64,000 nucleotides of DNA from Eledone cirrhosa. Lineage: Eukaryota. This document shows, in pieces, positions 40,140 through 55,900 of the stretch. The notes under the pieces are model-generated. The model did not search any database. It had not been told where the DNA came from and saw nothing but the letters and a program-made list of their open reading frames with translations. Each line of letters begins with the position of its first letter. Within the stretch, counting starts at the first letter, position 1. A program made the translations under genes and the position numbers. Location of the stretch: NCBI GenBank assembly GCA_964016885.1, contig OZ024760.1, forward strand, positions 25,048,001-25,112,000. The letters are read 5' to 3'.

Positions 40140-40406
40140 AATTGGTATTTAATTTGTTGGAAGTCCGATAAATATAAATGTTTATAACTGATTTAGAGCA
40201 CTCAATAGTTAACTGGAGTAAATATTCAATATTAAGTGAATTTCCAACCGATAAGGTATGATTTTCATTCGTATGTCTCTATTTATAAAACAAACTTTGT
40301 ATTTTATCTGATGAAAGCGTACCAATGTTGTCTTGGTACCCTCGAAATATATATAATAAAATAAATATGGTTTTATAAATATAGTTTCCATTTATTTAAT
40401 ATCATT
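40140..40406 (+). mobile_element. Family A hammerhead cassette (HHR 40300-40363)
   Basis: CTGATGA-..GTACCAA/TTGGTAC..-GAAA-TATATA-TA^ATAAAATA, bounded by (TA)n. Confidence 0.8.
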
Positions 40407-40441
40407 GTATATATATATATATATATATATATGGGTGTGTG

Positions 40442-40492
<51 letters not shown>

Positions 40493-40947
40493 AAAGAAAG
40501 TTTTCGCTCTAAATGGCTAAATACAATAAATGTAATCTGAGTTTTTCGTATGTTAATAATAACTGTTTCTACTTTAGGCACAAGGCCAACAATTGCCCAA
40601 TGCATTACTGGTACTTTATTTTATCGACTCCGTAAGGATATTAATAATAACATTCAAAGAAATGCAATGTAGTTTGGATGTTAAAATGTTAACATCGAAA
40701 CTACTTTGTATTTCATCTCTCTATAAATACTCTGCCATTCCTATGCGGATACGAGTGTGTGTGTGTGTATATATATAAATATATATATATATATATTTGA
40801 AAAAAAGGATAAGAATGAGCTCACTTCTACCTCTAAACAATTATATTTTATAATATTATAATTTCACAATTTCGTTTTGTAAAATTATAATATTATAAAA
40901 TTAAATTCTTTAGATCTACCAGTGAAGTCATTCTTTTCCTTTTTTCA

Positions 40948-40996
<49 letters not shown>

Positions 40997-41063
40997 ATGA
41001 GGGACTTTCGAATAAAAAAAAAGAGAGAAAGAGGGAGAGAGAGAGAAAGAGAGAGAAAGAGTG

Positions 41064-41102
<39 letters not shown>

Positions 41103-41592
41103 AATAAAAAAGAGAAGCAGTGTTGCGACGAATGCAATTTATTGGACATATTACAATCGTTTCTCTGGCGACAAGCTCGAACCAGGATTGATTTAATGAT
41201 CGAATCTGACTCTGAAAATCGCAAGGTCCTCAGATTCGTCTTGATTCTACGAAGCGGCCTACCGCATACGGATGCTTTAAGCATCCGACACCAATTATAT
41301 ATATATGTATATATACAAAACAAAACAAAAACAAGGAGTGAAATATGAACAGAGTTGTTATTGGGTTCACGCTTGAGAGTGGGGTGGGGGCGTGTCGGGC
41401 ATAAGCCCTTCATCAGCAGAAAGGTGGGAAGGGTAAAAGTATCGAGAGTGTGTGAGGGGGGACTGGTGGTTGATATTGATTCCAGTTCCTCAGAGAAATA
41501 GCAACGCAACCAGGAGCTGGACATATCGGAGTATTGACGGAGTAAAACACACTTCAACAACATGTGTACCTGTCTTTCCCACATCAATTCCC

Positions 41593-41647
41593 ACTGTCTG
41601 AAGAGGTCACAGCCAATGAAAGCTCTCACCGAAATATATATAGCAGT
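41593..41647 (+). ncRNA. Type I hammerhead ribozyme motif
   Basis: ACTGT-CTGAAGA-GGTCACAGC..GCTCTCACC-GAAA-TATATA-TA^GCAGT. Confidence 0.7.
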
Positions 41648-41787
41648 ATATCTATAATTTATAATAAACGAAGCCAAATTTTACATATTTGAATTAATTA
41701 TTTCATATATATATATGTATAAAATGTGGAGAAAGAGCCCCCGAGTTAGAATATATAAATCCACTGTCAATAAATACACCAGGATTT

Positions 41788-41848
41788 TTTCATTCTGATG
41801 ATTGAAAGCAAATTTTGTTTGTTTTCAAGAAACCACTGGTAAATGAAA
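41788..41848 (+). ncRNA. Type I hammerhead ribozyme motif
   Basis: TTTCATT-CTGATGA-TTGAAAGCAAA..TTTGTTTTCAA-GAAAC-CACTG-GTA^AATGAAA. Confidence 0.78.
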
Positions 41849-41851
41849 TAA

Positions 41852-42034
41852 GTGGATTGGTAGTATCGGTAGAGGGTCGGACGCCATGCTTTCCAGCATA
41901 GTTACGTCCCTTTACGATCTGAGTTCAAATCCCGCCGAGGTTGACTTTGCCTTTCATCCTTACGGGGTCGATAAAATAAAGTACCAGTGAGGCACTGGGT
42001 AGTTGCTGGCCTTGTGCCCAAAGTAGAAACAATT
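41852..42034 (+). mobile_element. Full-length dominant tRNA-derived SINE
   Basis: A box, B box GAGTTCAAATCC, central GCCTTTCATCC..GGGGTCGATAAAAT domain, tail AGAAACAATT. A more diverged copy lies at 50378-50588. Confidence 0.92.
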
Positions 42035-42119
42035 ATATATATGTAAATAGGGAGACAATTATGAATATCAGGAAGAAAAATATTTATTTTCCTTTTATTT
42101 TTTTCTCTTTTTTTCTGGG

Positions 42120-44090
42120 TTAATTAGTAATGTGTTCGCAGAATTGATCGAGGAATTTGTTAATGCCATTTGGTGTCGTTGCTTCTATTTCTGGCTATTG
42201 AGTTATCCTCATTGTATTTGTCGTATAGTTGCTCGCTGAGGGTTAGTTCTCTACATAATTCTGCAATGTCTTCCTTCGTTTCGGGTTAGTTTGGTCGTTG
42301 GGGAGTTGGTGTATATTTCAGACCTTTGGGGAATATGTTGATTTGGTCTGTTGTTAATTCTTTAGAGGTTAAATTAACAATTTTTATTATATTTTATGTC
42401 TCGTGTGTGTTTTGTGTTATCTTGTTATCCTGTGTCTGAGTGCTGTGTCTAAATGATGACTACGGATGTTGTGGTGGTTGTTGAAGATTGGATGTTTCTT
42501 ATGGTTGTATTGGGCCCTGCTGTTGTTGTTAGAGGGTGTGTAGCTGTAGTGGTTGTTGAAGTTAGGTTTTAGCGTGTGGTTGCATTGAGCCCGCTGTTAT
42601 TGTTGTAGCGTGTGTAGACTTGGTGGTAGTTATAGTAGGGTTGTCTTGTGTGGATATATTGAGTCCTGCTGTTGTTGTTGTATGGTGTGTAGTTATGGTG
42701 GTTGTAGTGGTTAGGGTGTCTCGTGTGGTTGTATTGAACCCTGCTGTCGTTGTTGTAGCGTGTGTATACTTGGTGGTAGTTATAGTAGGGTTGTCTTGTG
42801 TGGATATATTGAGTCCTGCTGTTGTTGTTGTATGGTGTGTAGTTATGGTGGTTGTAGTGGTTAGGGTGTCTCGTGTGGTTGTATAGTCCCTTGCTGGTGT
42901 TGTTGTAGTAGGATGTGGTTAGTCGAGGAGGGTAGATTAGGGTTTCCTTTTAGCTGGTGTGTGGTTGTGAGGCCCTATGTGACATGTGTCGTAGTTGTGT
43001 ATTTTGGGTTCTATGTTGAAAGTAATGATGGTTGTGGGTTTGTTGTGTGGGATGTTAGGGGGGTTGTAAGTGTGGGGGATTCGATGGTTTCTCCTGGTGG
43101 GAGAGAAGTTGTAGTGTCTATCTTGTAGCTGATACATCTCTATTACTATATTTGTTGCTTGGGAATCCATGTGGTAGCTATGTGGAGGGTGTAGGAGGTA
43201 GGGGCGAGGTGATGCCTTCTTTTTTTGGTATGTGGGGAGGTATTGTTTTTTGTGTTGTTGGTTGGGTGTTGTGTGGTGTTTGGATGGTGATTGGGTTTTC
43301 TTGTTATTTTGGTTTTAATGAAGGGGTTCTTGGATGTGTGTTCTTTTGGGAAAAGTGTTTCATAGTTAGAGAACCAGGTTTCGTTTATTTTCCAACGTTG
43401 AAGGGATTTTAATTCGTCCTCTAACCATAATTTTGAAAAATTTTATAGCGTGGTGTTTTTAGTTTTATTGATAATTGCTTGATTAATCTCATCGTCGATT
43501 GATTTGATCCTATCTTCATTTGCTTGGGGTCTCAATTTAAGGAGTTCAATTTCGGTTTTTATGTTATCAAGTGCCATTCTTTCCCTGAGGCGTATTTATG
43601 TCTCGGGTTCATTTGGGATGGATTTAATTTGTAGTTTGCGGGGGATGATTAATGGGGTTGAGTTAATCCATTTTTCATAGATCTCCGCTTTGTTATTATT
43701 TCGTATCATCTACCAAAAGGAGAATTTCCTGTTTTTAAGAGATGTGACCCATTGTGGTATTAATTTGTTTTTTATTTGGTAAGTTGTGAGTGTATTAATG
43801 TCATGTGTTTTATCGTTTGCTTGAATAGGATTTGTGTTGTTATTCAGGTGTGTTATTTTATTGTTTCACATAAGTTGTTGATATTGTCGTTTCATAGGAT
43901 GTGTATTTGGGGATTGTTTCTTCACTTGTAGAATTAAGTTTGTTGGTGAGTATTGACAAATTAGAGTTTATTTTTTGTAGTTCTTGGAGTATCTCTTGAT
44001 TGGAGTCTGTTTTTGTTTTAGTTGACATTTTCTGCATCTCGTGTGGGAGTAAATAATAATTATAAAATGTTGGGAAGGAGCACACGAGTT
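42120..44090 (-). pseudogene. Decayed Penelope-like N-terminal coding region
   Basis: Minus-strand NLTSKELTTDQINIFPKGLKYTPTP, resembling the motif that precedes the PLE RT. Upstream KAEIYEKWINSTPLIIPRKL has stops. An internal 141-bp tandem duplication spans ~42590-42885. Confidence 0.6.
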
Positions 44091-44119
44091 GGAATATATA
44101 TATATATACATATATATAT

Positions 44120-45575
44120 GTTAATAGGGAGAAAAAGACGATTATTAGGAAGAAAAATATATTTTTTTCCTTTTATTTTTTTCTCTTTTTTCTGGGTTTA
44201 AAAATGTTAAAACAAAATATGTTACTTTGTGTGAAGTGTTAAGGTATTAGTTAATTCATTAATTAACAATGGCATTTATTTATTTATTTATATATGTAAT
44301 AATTGTCTATTACCGGTTTCAGCATTTTATGCATTATCATAGAGGGGAATTTGTATTGGTGTAAAATGTTGAAGAGAAGATAATGTGATGTTGAACATGT
44401 TAAGGAAATGGGGAAGAAAGAATAATATTATTTACAAACAAGGTTTTTGAAGTAAAAATAAAAAAATAAAAAAAGGGGGTAATGTGGAACATGATAAGGT
44501 AATGGGAAAGAAAAAATATTATTTACAGGCATAGTTCTTGAGGATAAGCAGTTCAAAAAGTGTTATTATGGCAAGAGCGCTTGGTTGTTCCGTGAGGAGG
44601 CAAATGGTAGTCTGGGGTTGGATATGTTTCCCTTGTTAGTGAGTTAATATGGAGGGGGAGGTAATTCAGGGTGGTCGGGTAGGGTAGAGAGAGGAGAGAC
44701 AGATGGATCAGCGGGGGTAATTCATTTATATATGAAAAAGGATTAGGTAGGGTGTGAGGGATGAAACTCTTTAAAGAGCATAGAAATTGGGACTTTGGTT
44801 CATTGTCCGTTCCAGTTTAAGTTTAGTCCGAAGTTTATTCCATTAAGTACAGGTTGGAATTTGTTAATGAAGTACATTTCCTTATTGGTACGATGGATGA
44901 ATGAAACGTTGTCTATGAATTTGTAAATGGGGAAAATTTTTAAGTTTGGATGTTGGTTAGGTGAACAATTGGCGATATGTTCCCTAAAAGCAATCTTTCT
45001 GTATTCCTGTATTTTGATTTGTGATCTATGCACGGTCATACGTTGTCGGGGGCTGTTTTTTGTTGTCCTATGTAGTGCTCTTGACAACCTGAGTAGGTGA
45101 AAACATAGATTAGGTTTCCAGATGCATATGTAAAGTTGTGTTTAACTGTGAAATGTTGTCCTTGTTTAAAATGGAATGTTGAACCTTCTATTAGATTTAT
45201 GCATATACCACACGTCGGCCTTCCGCATTTGTTTACTGTAGGGTTCATTGTGAGGACTGGTTGGATTTTGGCTTGTGTGAGGATGTTTCTTTATGGATTT
45301 AGGTTGTCTTTTGCTCTTTATGATGTTGTGTGTTTGGAGGATTTTGTTCATTATTGCGTCTCTGTTTAGTAAAGGAATGTTCTGGGGGATAGTGTCGAAT
45401 GCCTCATTGTTGAGGGGATTGTGTGTGGAGGTGTATGGTAGAGTTTTCTGTTTCGGTTCATTCCTGGGTGTTTGGGGTGTCTGAGTTCCTGGATATTGAG
45501 TTTTAGGGCACGCTGGAATCCATTGTTGATTAGGGATGGTGGGTAGTTTCTGCTGATAAGTGTGTTCTTCAAATT
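44120..45575 (-). pseudogene. Penelope-like 3' portion: GIY-YIG endonuclease pseudogene plus 3' region
   Basis: CGRPTCGIC, NLIY...C...YIGQ, RQRMTVH and EMYFINKFQPVLN across frameshifted ORFs. A decayed hammerhead lies at ~44305-44345. Confidence 0.85.
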
Positions 45576-46009
45576 CTTCTAATCGTGTGTAGCATGTGTA
45601 TTTATCTGGAACTAATGAGCAGATCCTTCTGGTTAGGTTATAAGGAGTTGAAATTTATATATATATATATATATATATTCAAAACAACGAAGAGCGGAGG
45701 ACACGTTTCGCACCTTTCCGACAGACAACCTCCCCCACCCCCCACCGGAAAAAAACCCCAGTTGATGGATGTGAATGCGAACTATATAGGGACAATTAAA
45801 TTTCTCCCAAGGTAACTCTTTCTCGTGTTGTTATTTTATTTTAATCCTTTACGCTCTTTCCTTCATTCCTCTACACGCTACAGTCTTATACATGCCACGC
45901 ATCTCAACGTACACCCACTTACATCTCTCTCTCCACCACCGAATCTTGTTACCCGGAGATTTACCCATCTGCATTGTCGAGGCTTCCAAACGACTTAAAG
46001 AAATTTACC

Positions 46010-46040
<31 letters not shown>

Positions 46041-46184
46041 AATTCATACATATTTATATATATATGAGTCCCGTGTGTTATTCAATATATTTGTAAAGTG
46101 TAAAGATCAAGTTTAACATAGAAAATGGCTTCTATTTGACTAGAACTGTTTCATTGAGAAGAAGCCATTTCTATATTAAACTTG

Positions 46185-46307
<123 letters not shown>

Positions 46308-46351
46308 CATATATATATATGTATATTTATATATGTATATATATATATGTA

Positions 46352-46405
<54 letters not shown>

Positions 46406-46408
46406 CAA

Positions 46409-46469
<61 letters not shown>

Positions 46470-46477
46470 TATATATA

Positions 46478-46665
46478 TAGGAACCAGTAAGAACCCGACG
46501 GCTGAGCTCAAGCCGTTTCGACGGCTAATTCAGTCCTGAATTAGCCGTCGAAACGGCTTGCTCAGCCGTCGGGGTCTTACTGGTTCCTATTACCCACTCT
46601 ACTACCCTAAGTATTGAGTACTTTGGTGCGTTATGGTCCACCTGGTTCCTTACCACATTTCCTTC

Positions 46666-46670
<5 letters not shown>
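46478..46670 (-). mobile_element. Fold-back cassette copy with a ~110-bp near-perfect palindrome
   Basis: TAGGAACCAGTAAGA.CCCGACGGCTGAG...CTCAGCCGTCGGGGTCTTACTGGTTCCTA. Inverse of 9151-9354. Confidence 0.85.
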
Positions 46671-46705
<35 letters not shown>

Positions 46706-46933
46706 ATATATATATATAAAATGAAATGTTGCGATGCATTTTGTGTTAAATATATTTCCCTCAAGATTGGTTGAAGATATTTTAGTTTAAACCTTTCACA
46801 TATAAAGACAGAACTGGAGTTCAAAATTATAGTTGGAAGCAATACTTTGATTTTTATGTATTTACTTCAAAGTTTTTTCATCAAACGGATATAAACCTCT
46901 AGCCTGAAGCTTTTGAATATTCAAATAATATTT

Positions 46934-46973
<40 letters not shown>

Positions 46974-47151
46974 TCTGTCTTTCTCTCTCTGTCTCTATCT
47001 CTCTCTCTGTCTCTATCTCTCTCTCTTTCTGCCTCTGTCTCTCTCTCTATCTGTCACTGCATACACACAGACACAGACTCAGGCACACACACATATATAT
47101 AGAGAGAGAGAGAGATGCGTAAGTCTATATATATATATATACATACTCATT

Positions 47152-47261
<110 letters not shown>

Positions 47262-47451
47262 GTTAACATCTCCTATTGTATTTCGGAATACATTGTAGTT
47301 AGGCTGGTTCAAGTAAAACTCGCTCCTTTACTTCAACAATTTAAACCCTCAGGCTACAATTTATTTCCAATATTCAGAATAATTCTTTCCTTGTATTTCT
47401 TCAACCGTTATGTCGGAACGAATTCTGTGACAATATTGGCAACCTGATACT

Positions 47452-48570
47452 GACTGGCTGAGAGAGATGGCTGGCTGTTTGATTGGTTGGTTGGTTTGTT
47501 GGTCCCTTGATTGGTTGGATAGATGGCTGGATGGTGGTAGAGTGGCTGAGAGGGCTGGGTGGCTGGCCTTTTGATTGGTTGGTTGGTTTGTTGGTCCCTG
47601 GATTGGTTCGATAGATGACTGGATGCTGGTAGAGTGGCTGAGAGGGCTGGCTGGGTAGCTGGCCTTTTGATTGGTTGGTTGGTTTGTTGGTCCCTTGATT
47701 GGTTGGATAGATCACTGGATGGTGGTAGAGTGGCTGAGAGGGCTGGCTGGCTGGCTGTTGGCTGTTTGATTGGTTGGTTGGTTTGTTGGTTCCTTGATTG
47801 GTTGGAAAAATGGCTGGTTGGTGGTAGAGTGGCTGAGAGAGATGGCTGGTTGGCTGTTTGATTAGTTGGTTGGTTTGTTGGTTCTTTGATTGGTTGAATA
47901 GATGGCTGGATGGTGGTAGAGTGGCTGAGAGGGCTGGCTGGCTGGCATTTTGATTGGTTGGTTGGTTTGTTGGTCCCTTGATTGGTTGAATAGATGGCTG
48001 GTTGGTGGTAGAGTGGTTGAGAGAGATGGCTGGCTTCCTGGTTGGCTGTTTGATTGGTTGGTTGGTTTGTTGGTTCCTTGATTGGTTGGCTAGATGGCTG
48101 GTTGGCCTGTTTGTTTCGTGATTGTCTGAGTAAATGGCAGGCCGCATATTGGCTGGTCGTTTGATCGGCTGGCTGACCACTTGTTTGATTGACTGGTTGG
48201 TCTGTTGCTTCCTTGTTTGTCCGAATAGATGGTTGGATGGTTTATTGGCTGAGAGGGTTAGCTGGCTGGCTGGTTGTCTGATTGGCTGGTTCGCCTTTTG
48301 TTTTGTTGATTGGTTGAATAGCTGGCTAGATGGTTGACTGGCTGAGAGGGCTGGCTGGCTGTTATTTGATTGGCTGGCTGGTCAGTTGATTCCCTGATTT
48401 GCTAGCGGGATGGCCGGATGGTGGATAGTCTGGCTGTTTTGCTGATTAGCTGGTTTGGAGAATCGTTGGTTTGTTGATTGGCTGGTTTGTTGATTGGCTG
48501 GTTGTTGATTGGCTGGTTGTTGATTGGCTGGTTGTTGATTGGCCGGTTGTTTGGTTGACTGTCTGGCTGT
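47452..48570. repeat. ~90-100 bp (TGG/TTGG-rich) minisatellite, about 7 copies, decaying rightwards
   Basis: GATTGGTTGGTTGGTTTGTTGGTCCCTTGATTGGTTGGATAGATGGCTGGATGGTGGTAGAGTGGCTGAGAG repeated. Confidence 0.9.
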
Positions 48571-49973
48571 AATAGTGCTAGTTAGTTTATTGGTAGGCTG
48601 GATGGATTGTCTGAGTTGTGGATGGTTTGGTGGATGGCAAGCAGTGGGGTAAATGGCTGTTGTTGTTGTTGATGTTGATGGTGATGGTGATGGTAATGGT
48701 GATGGTGATGCAAGCGATAGTGTCTGTTGTTCCTTTTTGGTGTTTGATGGGTGACGTTGGTGGTGATGGTGATGTTGATGGTGATGTTGATGGTGGTGAT
48801 GGTGATGTTGATGGTGCTGTTGATGGTGATGGTGATGTCGATGGTGCTATTGATGGTGATGGTGTTAGTGATGGTGGCGGTGCTGTTGTTGTTGCTGGTG
48901 ATGGTGATGGTGATAGTGATGGTGATGGTGATGGTGATGGTGATGGTGATTGGTGATAGTGATGGTGATGGTGATGGTAATGCAAGTGGTGCTGGCTGTT
49001 GTGCCATATTTTGTATTTGTTGTGTTGTTGATAATGGTGATGGTGATGGCGGTGGTGTTGGTAGTGGTGGCGATGGTGTAGGTTTTCAGTTTTTGTGTTT
49101 TCGTTGTTTCTGTGATGGCGGGCCAGGAATGTGGAATGCCGGGTAGAATGTTGACTGGTTGGCTGGCGGGGGGGGGGGGGTCATAGGTGTGGCTGTCTAC
49201 TTGGCTAATTAACTAACTTTTTAGATAGATGGCAGCCTGGCTTCAACCCTAGCTTTTTACTTGGCTAGTTCGTTTGCTGGTTTTGTTGGATTGTTGATTG
49301 TTTGGGGTGGTTGGTGCAGCGGGGTTAGACAGCTAACATAGTCAGTGTAGATTTGTAAGAAAGAGTTAGTGATCAGTGTTACGCTTCCATCAATCAACTG
49401 AAATAAATTAAAATTTCTTAGAAAGCAAATTGCTAGTTAGCTTCTATTTAACTACCTTGGCAAAAGCAAAAATTCTTAGTTGGCAAATATTTCAGCGGAT
49501 TTAAAGTTAACAGTAGTAAACCTTATACGGCAGCATACAGATGCATGCATTTGACAGGTGCAATTATAGCAGCACGAAAGCTATTCGATACATTGCCAAA
49601 GGTTACACCTACCAAATACATTAAAATGTTACCCAATAGATACACAGCGACCTCATCCCATCATTTCCTTTCTATTGAAATCACAAAGTCTTTTCGTGCG
49701 AGTGACGACGACAATGCCACCAAATGGTCTTTCTATAATGCTGAAAATAACAGTCAAGTCTTCCAGGAATTACACTCTGGAAGTTCTTTAAAGTGTTATA
49801 GAGATTACTCTGAGTAACGCAGCTTCAATATGATTGCTTTTATTCTCCTAAACTCTTTGTATGCAAAATTATCAACAACATAAAGTATTCTCGTTATAAA
49901 TATGAATCTTATACACCCACCATATATATATATATATATGTGAGTGCGCGCGTGTGTGTGTGTGTATATATGC

Positions 49974-50024
<51 letters not shown>

Positions 50025-50032
50025 CGTGTGTG

Positions 50033-50067
<35 letters not shown>

Positions 50068-50969
50068 GTGTATGTAAAAGGCAAACTGAAATAACAACAC
50101 GATCGCTACAGTATATGGAAGGAAAGTATTAAGTTAAGGCTTGAAATAGCAGGAAGAGGGTCTTAACGTTTCGGACGCTAGTCCTTCATCAAAAGAAAGA
50201 ATGAGAAATAAGATAGATTGAAGGGACTGGCAAGGTGGAATAGGGAAAAGATCTGAGATTAAGTATGTTGATGGTACTAGGGTCGGAGTGAAAAATAGAC
50301 GGGTGAGAAGAAGAAGGTGGTGTATTAAATGCTTCCTTATGTATATGTCTTTGCGTGTGTGGTTGTGTGATGGAGATTTGCAGAATCGGGAGAGCGTCAG
50401 ACAACATTCTTTGTCATAGAGTTACAGCGTTTTACGATCTGAGTTCAAATCCCGTTGAGGGTAGCTTTTCCTTTTATCCTTGCGGGGTCGATAAAACAAA
50501 GTACCAGTAACGTACTGGAATCGATATAATCGATTCTCTCTCTCTCTCTCTTCAAATTTCTGGCGTTGTGCCTAAAGTAGAAACAATTATTTAGACAGAG
50601 AGAAAACATTCAGAACGTGCTACGAAGGTGAGGCTGTTCACTGAGAATAACACGGGATTTCCTTATTGAATTGTAAACGAATTGTATCGGATATGTGTCC
50701 ACAGAATTATATCTTTAATACCTTCAGCTGTATCAAGTTATTCTGTACATTTGCAATAGATTAGACTTTCAAGATGTGAAGCATGATAAAGTTAGAGCAA
50801 GAGGTATTAGTGGGTTCCGTGATGGAACGATTGTCGGATGAGTGAAATAACAAAACATGGCGGAATACCTGTAGATTATGTAATCTGAACTTACACCCTA
50901 TTAAACACATCGCCTTTATCTAGAATTCAAATAACATATATATATATATATGTAAATATATATATGTAA

Positions 50970-51027
<58 letters not shown>

Positions 51028-51090
51028 ATATCCTCTACTTCACACACACATACAGGTATATATATACATATATATATATATATATACATG

Positions 51091-51124
<34 letters not shown>

Positions 51125-51240
51125 CGTGTATGTGTGTGTGAAGTAGAGGATCAACCGCAAGCTCAACTGGTTCCGGCGAGTAACCACTTTTTCTCTCTCT
51201 CTCTTTATATATTCATATATATATATATATATATATATAA

Positions 51241-51318
<78 letters not shown>

Positions 51319-52924
51319 TTGGGTTAAGGAGGATCAACAACATTTGAAATATGAAATGTAGTCGCTTCAATACAGGTGATTATAATAATTGTTATTCATT
51401 ATTTAATTACAGACAGTGGTTTCTAAGTCAGGTACAAGGTCAGTTATCTCGCTAGAAGGTAAAGTCGATTACATCAACCCCAGTACATGACTGGTACTGT
51501 ACCTGATCGACCTCGGATATTATACTGAAACATATATATAAATGAAACAGTTATGAAAAACCCAAACAAAATAAAAAAACCTACAGATAACAAAACACCA
51601 ACAAAGAGAAAAACCCCAACAACAAAAACAATAAGAAGAAGAACAACAACAGTGAAAACACCAATAACCGTAGCAACCACTGCAACAAACATAATGTCAA
51701 CCACTGTTACAACAACCATAACAACAGTAAAGATAACATCATCAACAGTAGTAACCTCAACAACAGTAATAACCACATCAACAGTAACAACCACAACAAC
51801 AGTAGCAACCATAACAGCAGTAGCAACCAACCTCAACAACAGTAACAACCACAACAACAGTAACAAACCACAACAACAGTAGCAACCACAACAACAGTAA
51901 CAACCACAACAACAGTAACAACCACAACAACAGTAACAACCACAACAACAGTAACAACCTCAACAACAACAACAGTTATAAAAAAAACAGTTATAAAAAA
52001 AACCACCACAACAACAGCAACAACAAAATCACTATCAACAGCCATAACAACAACAACAACTCAACAAGAAATCCAGAATATGATCAACAACGACAGCAAC
52101 AAATATAACAACAACAAACACAACCACCATCACCGCCAACAACAACAACAACAACACCAACACCAACATCACCACCACCGCCACCACCACCAACAACACC
52201 ACCACCAACACCACCACCACCAACAACAACAACACCACCACCAACAACAACAACAACAACAACAATAACAACCCCGAGAACAACTCCAAGAACAACAACA
52301 ACACCACCGCCACCAACACCACCAACACCACCACCAACACCACCAACAACAAAAACAACAATAACAACTCCAAGAACAACAACAACAACCAAAACAATTA
52401 CAACTCCAAGAATAACAAGACCAGAACCGCCACCACCACCACCACCACCACCAACACCACCACCAACACCACCAACGCCACCACCACCACCACCACCACT
52501 ATCACCACCACCACCACCACCACCATCACCACCACCACCACCACCGCCATCACCACCAACACCACCAACACCACACACCACCACCACCACCATAACCACC
52601 ACCACCACCACCATCACCACCACCACCACCAACGCCACCAATACCACCACCACCACCACCACCACCATCACCACCACCACCATCGCCATCACCACCAACA
52701 CCACCCACACCACCATCACCACCAACACCACCACCACCATAACCACCACCACCATAGCCACCACCAACACCACCACCACCAACAACAACAACAATAACAA
52801 CTCAAAGAACAATAACAACAACAAAAATAAAACCCTACACAATGAGAATCCAGAAAAATGTGTTTATTAAAGAAACAAGATTTTAATCTAATATTGAATG
52901 TCGGGGTCTCTATTGAAATATTCC

Positions 52925-55900
52925 ACACCATCGCATATAATACCACCACTACCACCACTACCACCACTACTACTACTACCACTACTACCACCACCAACAC
53001 TACCAGCACTACCATCACCGTCGCATATAATACCACCACTACCACCACTACTACTACTACAACTACAACCACCACCAACACTACCATCACTACCATCACT
53101 ACCATCACCATCGCATATAATACCACCACTACCACCACTACTACTACTACAACTACAACCACCACCAACACTACCAGCACTACCATCACCGTCGCATATA
53201 ATACCACCACTACCACCACTACTACTACTACAACTACAACCACCACCAACACTACCAGCACTACCATCACTACCATCACCATCGCATATAATACCACCAC
53301 TACCACCACTACTACAACTACAACCACCACCAACACTACCAGCACTACCATCACCGTCGCATATAATACCACCACTACCACCACTACTACTACTACAACT
53401 ACAACCACCACCAACACTACCATCACTACCATCACTACCATCACCATCGCATATAATACCACCACTACCACCACTACTACTACTACAACTACAACCACCA
53501 CCAACACTACCAGTACTACCATCTCCGTTGCATATAATAACACCACTACCACCACTACTACCACTACTACTACTACCACAACCAACACTACCAGCACTAC
53601 CATCACCGTCGCATATAATAACACCACTATCACCACTACTACAACTACAACTACTACCACCACCAACACTACCAGCACTACCATCACCGTCGCATATAAT
53701 ACCACCACTACCACCACTACTACAACTACTACTACTACCACTACTACCACCACCAACACTACCAGCACTACCATCACCGTCGCATATAATACCACCACTA
53801 CCACCACTACTACTACTACAACTACAACCACCACCAACACTACCATCACTACCATCACCATCGCATATAATACCACCACTACCACCACTACTACTACTAC
53901 AACTACAACCACCACCAACACTACCAGCACTACCATCACCGTCGCATATAATACCACCACTACCACCACTACTACAACTACAACCACCACCAACACTACC
54001 AGCACTACCATCACCGTCGCATATAATACCACCACTACCACCACTACTACTACTACAACTACAACCACCACCAACACTACCATCACTACCATCACCATCG
54101 CATATAATACCACCACTACCACCACTACTACTACTACAACTACAACCACCACCAACACTACCAGCACTACCATCACCGTCGCATATAATACCACCACTAC
54201 CACCACTACTACAACTACAACCACCACCAACACTACCAGCACTACCATCACCGTCGCATATAATACCACCACTACCACCACTACTACTACTACAACTACA
54301 ACCACCACCAACACTACCATCACTACCATCACCATCGCATATAATACCACCACTACCACCACTACTACTACTACAACTACAACCACCACCAACACTACCA
54401 GCACTACCATCACCGTCGCATATAATACCACCACTACCACCACTACTACACCTACCACTACTAACACTACCAGTACTACCATCTCCGTCGCATATAATAA
54501 CACCACTATCACCACTACTACAACTACTACTACTACCACTACTACCACCACCAACACTACCAGCACTACCATCACCGTCGCATATAATACCACCACTACC
54601 ACCACTACTACAACTACTACTACTACCACTACTACCACCACCAACACTACCAGCACTACCATCACCGTCGCATATAATACCACCACTACCACCACTACTA
54701 CTACTACAACTACAACCACCACCAACACTACCAGCACTACCATCACTACCATCACCATCGCATATAATACCACCACTACCACCACTACTACAACTACAAC
54801 CACCACCAACACTACCAGCACTACCATCACCGTCGCATATAATACCACCACTACCACCACTACTACTACTACAACTACAACCACCACCAACACTACCATC
54901 ACTACCATCACCATCGCATATAATACCACCACTACCACCACTACTACTACTACAACTACAACCACCACCAACACTACCAGCACTACCATCACCGTCGCAT
55001 ATAATACCACCACTACCACCACTACTACACCTACCACTACTAACACTACCAGTACTACCATCTCCGTCGCATATAATAACACCACTATCACCACTACTAC
55101 AACTACAACTACTACCACAACCAACACTACCAGCACTACCATCACCATCGCATATAATGCCACCACTACCACCACTACCACCACTACTACACCTACCACT
55201 ACTACCACTACCAACACTACCAGCACTACCATCACCATCGCATATAATACCACCACTACCACCACTACCACCACTACTACACCTACCACTACTACCACTA
55301 CCAACACTACCAGCACTACCATCACCGTCGCATATAATACCACCACTACCACCACTACTACCACCACCACTACCACTACTACCACTACCACCACTACTAC
55401 CACTACTACTACTACCACAACCAACACTACCAGCACTACCATCACCGTCGCATATAATACCACCACTACCACCACTACTACCACCACCACTACCACTACT
55501 ACCACTACCACCACTACTACCACTACTACTACTACCACTACCAGCACTACCAGCACTACCATCACCGCCGCATATAATACCACCACTACCACCACTACTA
55601 CAACTACTACTACTACCACAACCAACACTACCAGCACTACCATCACCGTCGCATATAATACCACCACTACCACCACTACTACAACTACAACTACTACCAC
55701 AACCAACACTACCAGCACTACCATCACCGTCGCATATAATACCACCACTACCACCACTACTACAACTACAACTACTACCACAACCAACACTACCAGTACT
55801 ACCATCACCATCGCATATAATACCACCACTACCACCACTACTACAACTACAACTACTACCACAACCAACACTACCAGTACTACCATCACCATCGCATATA

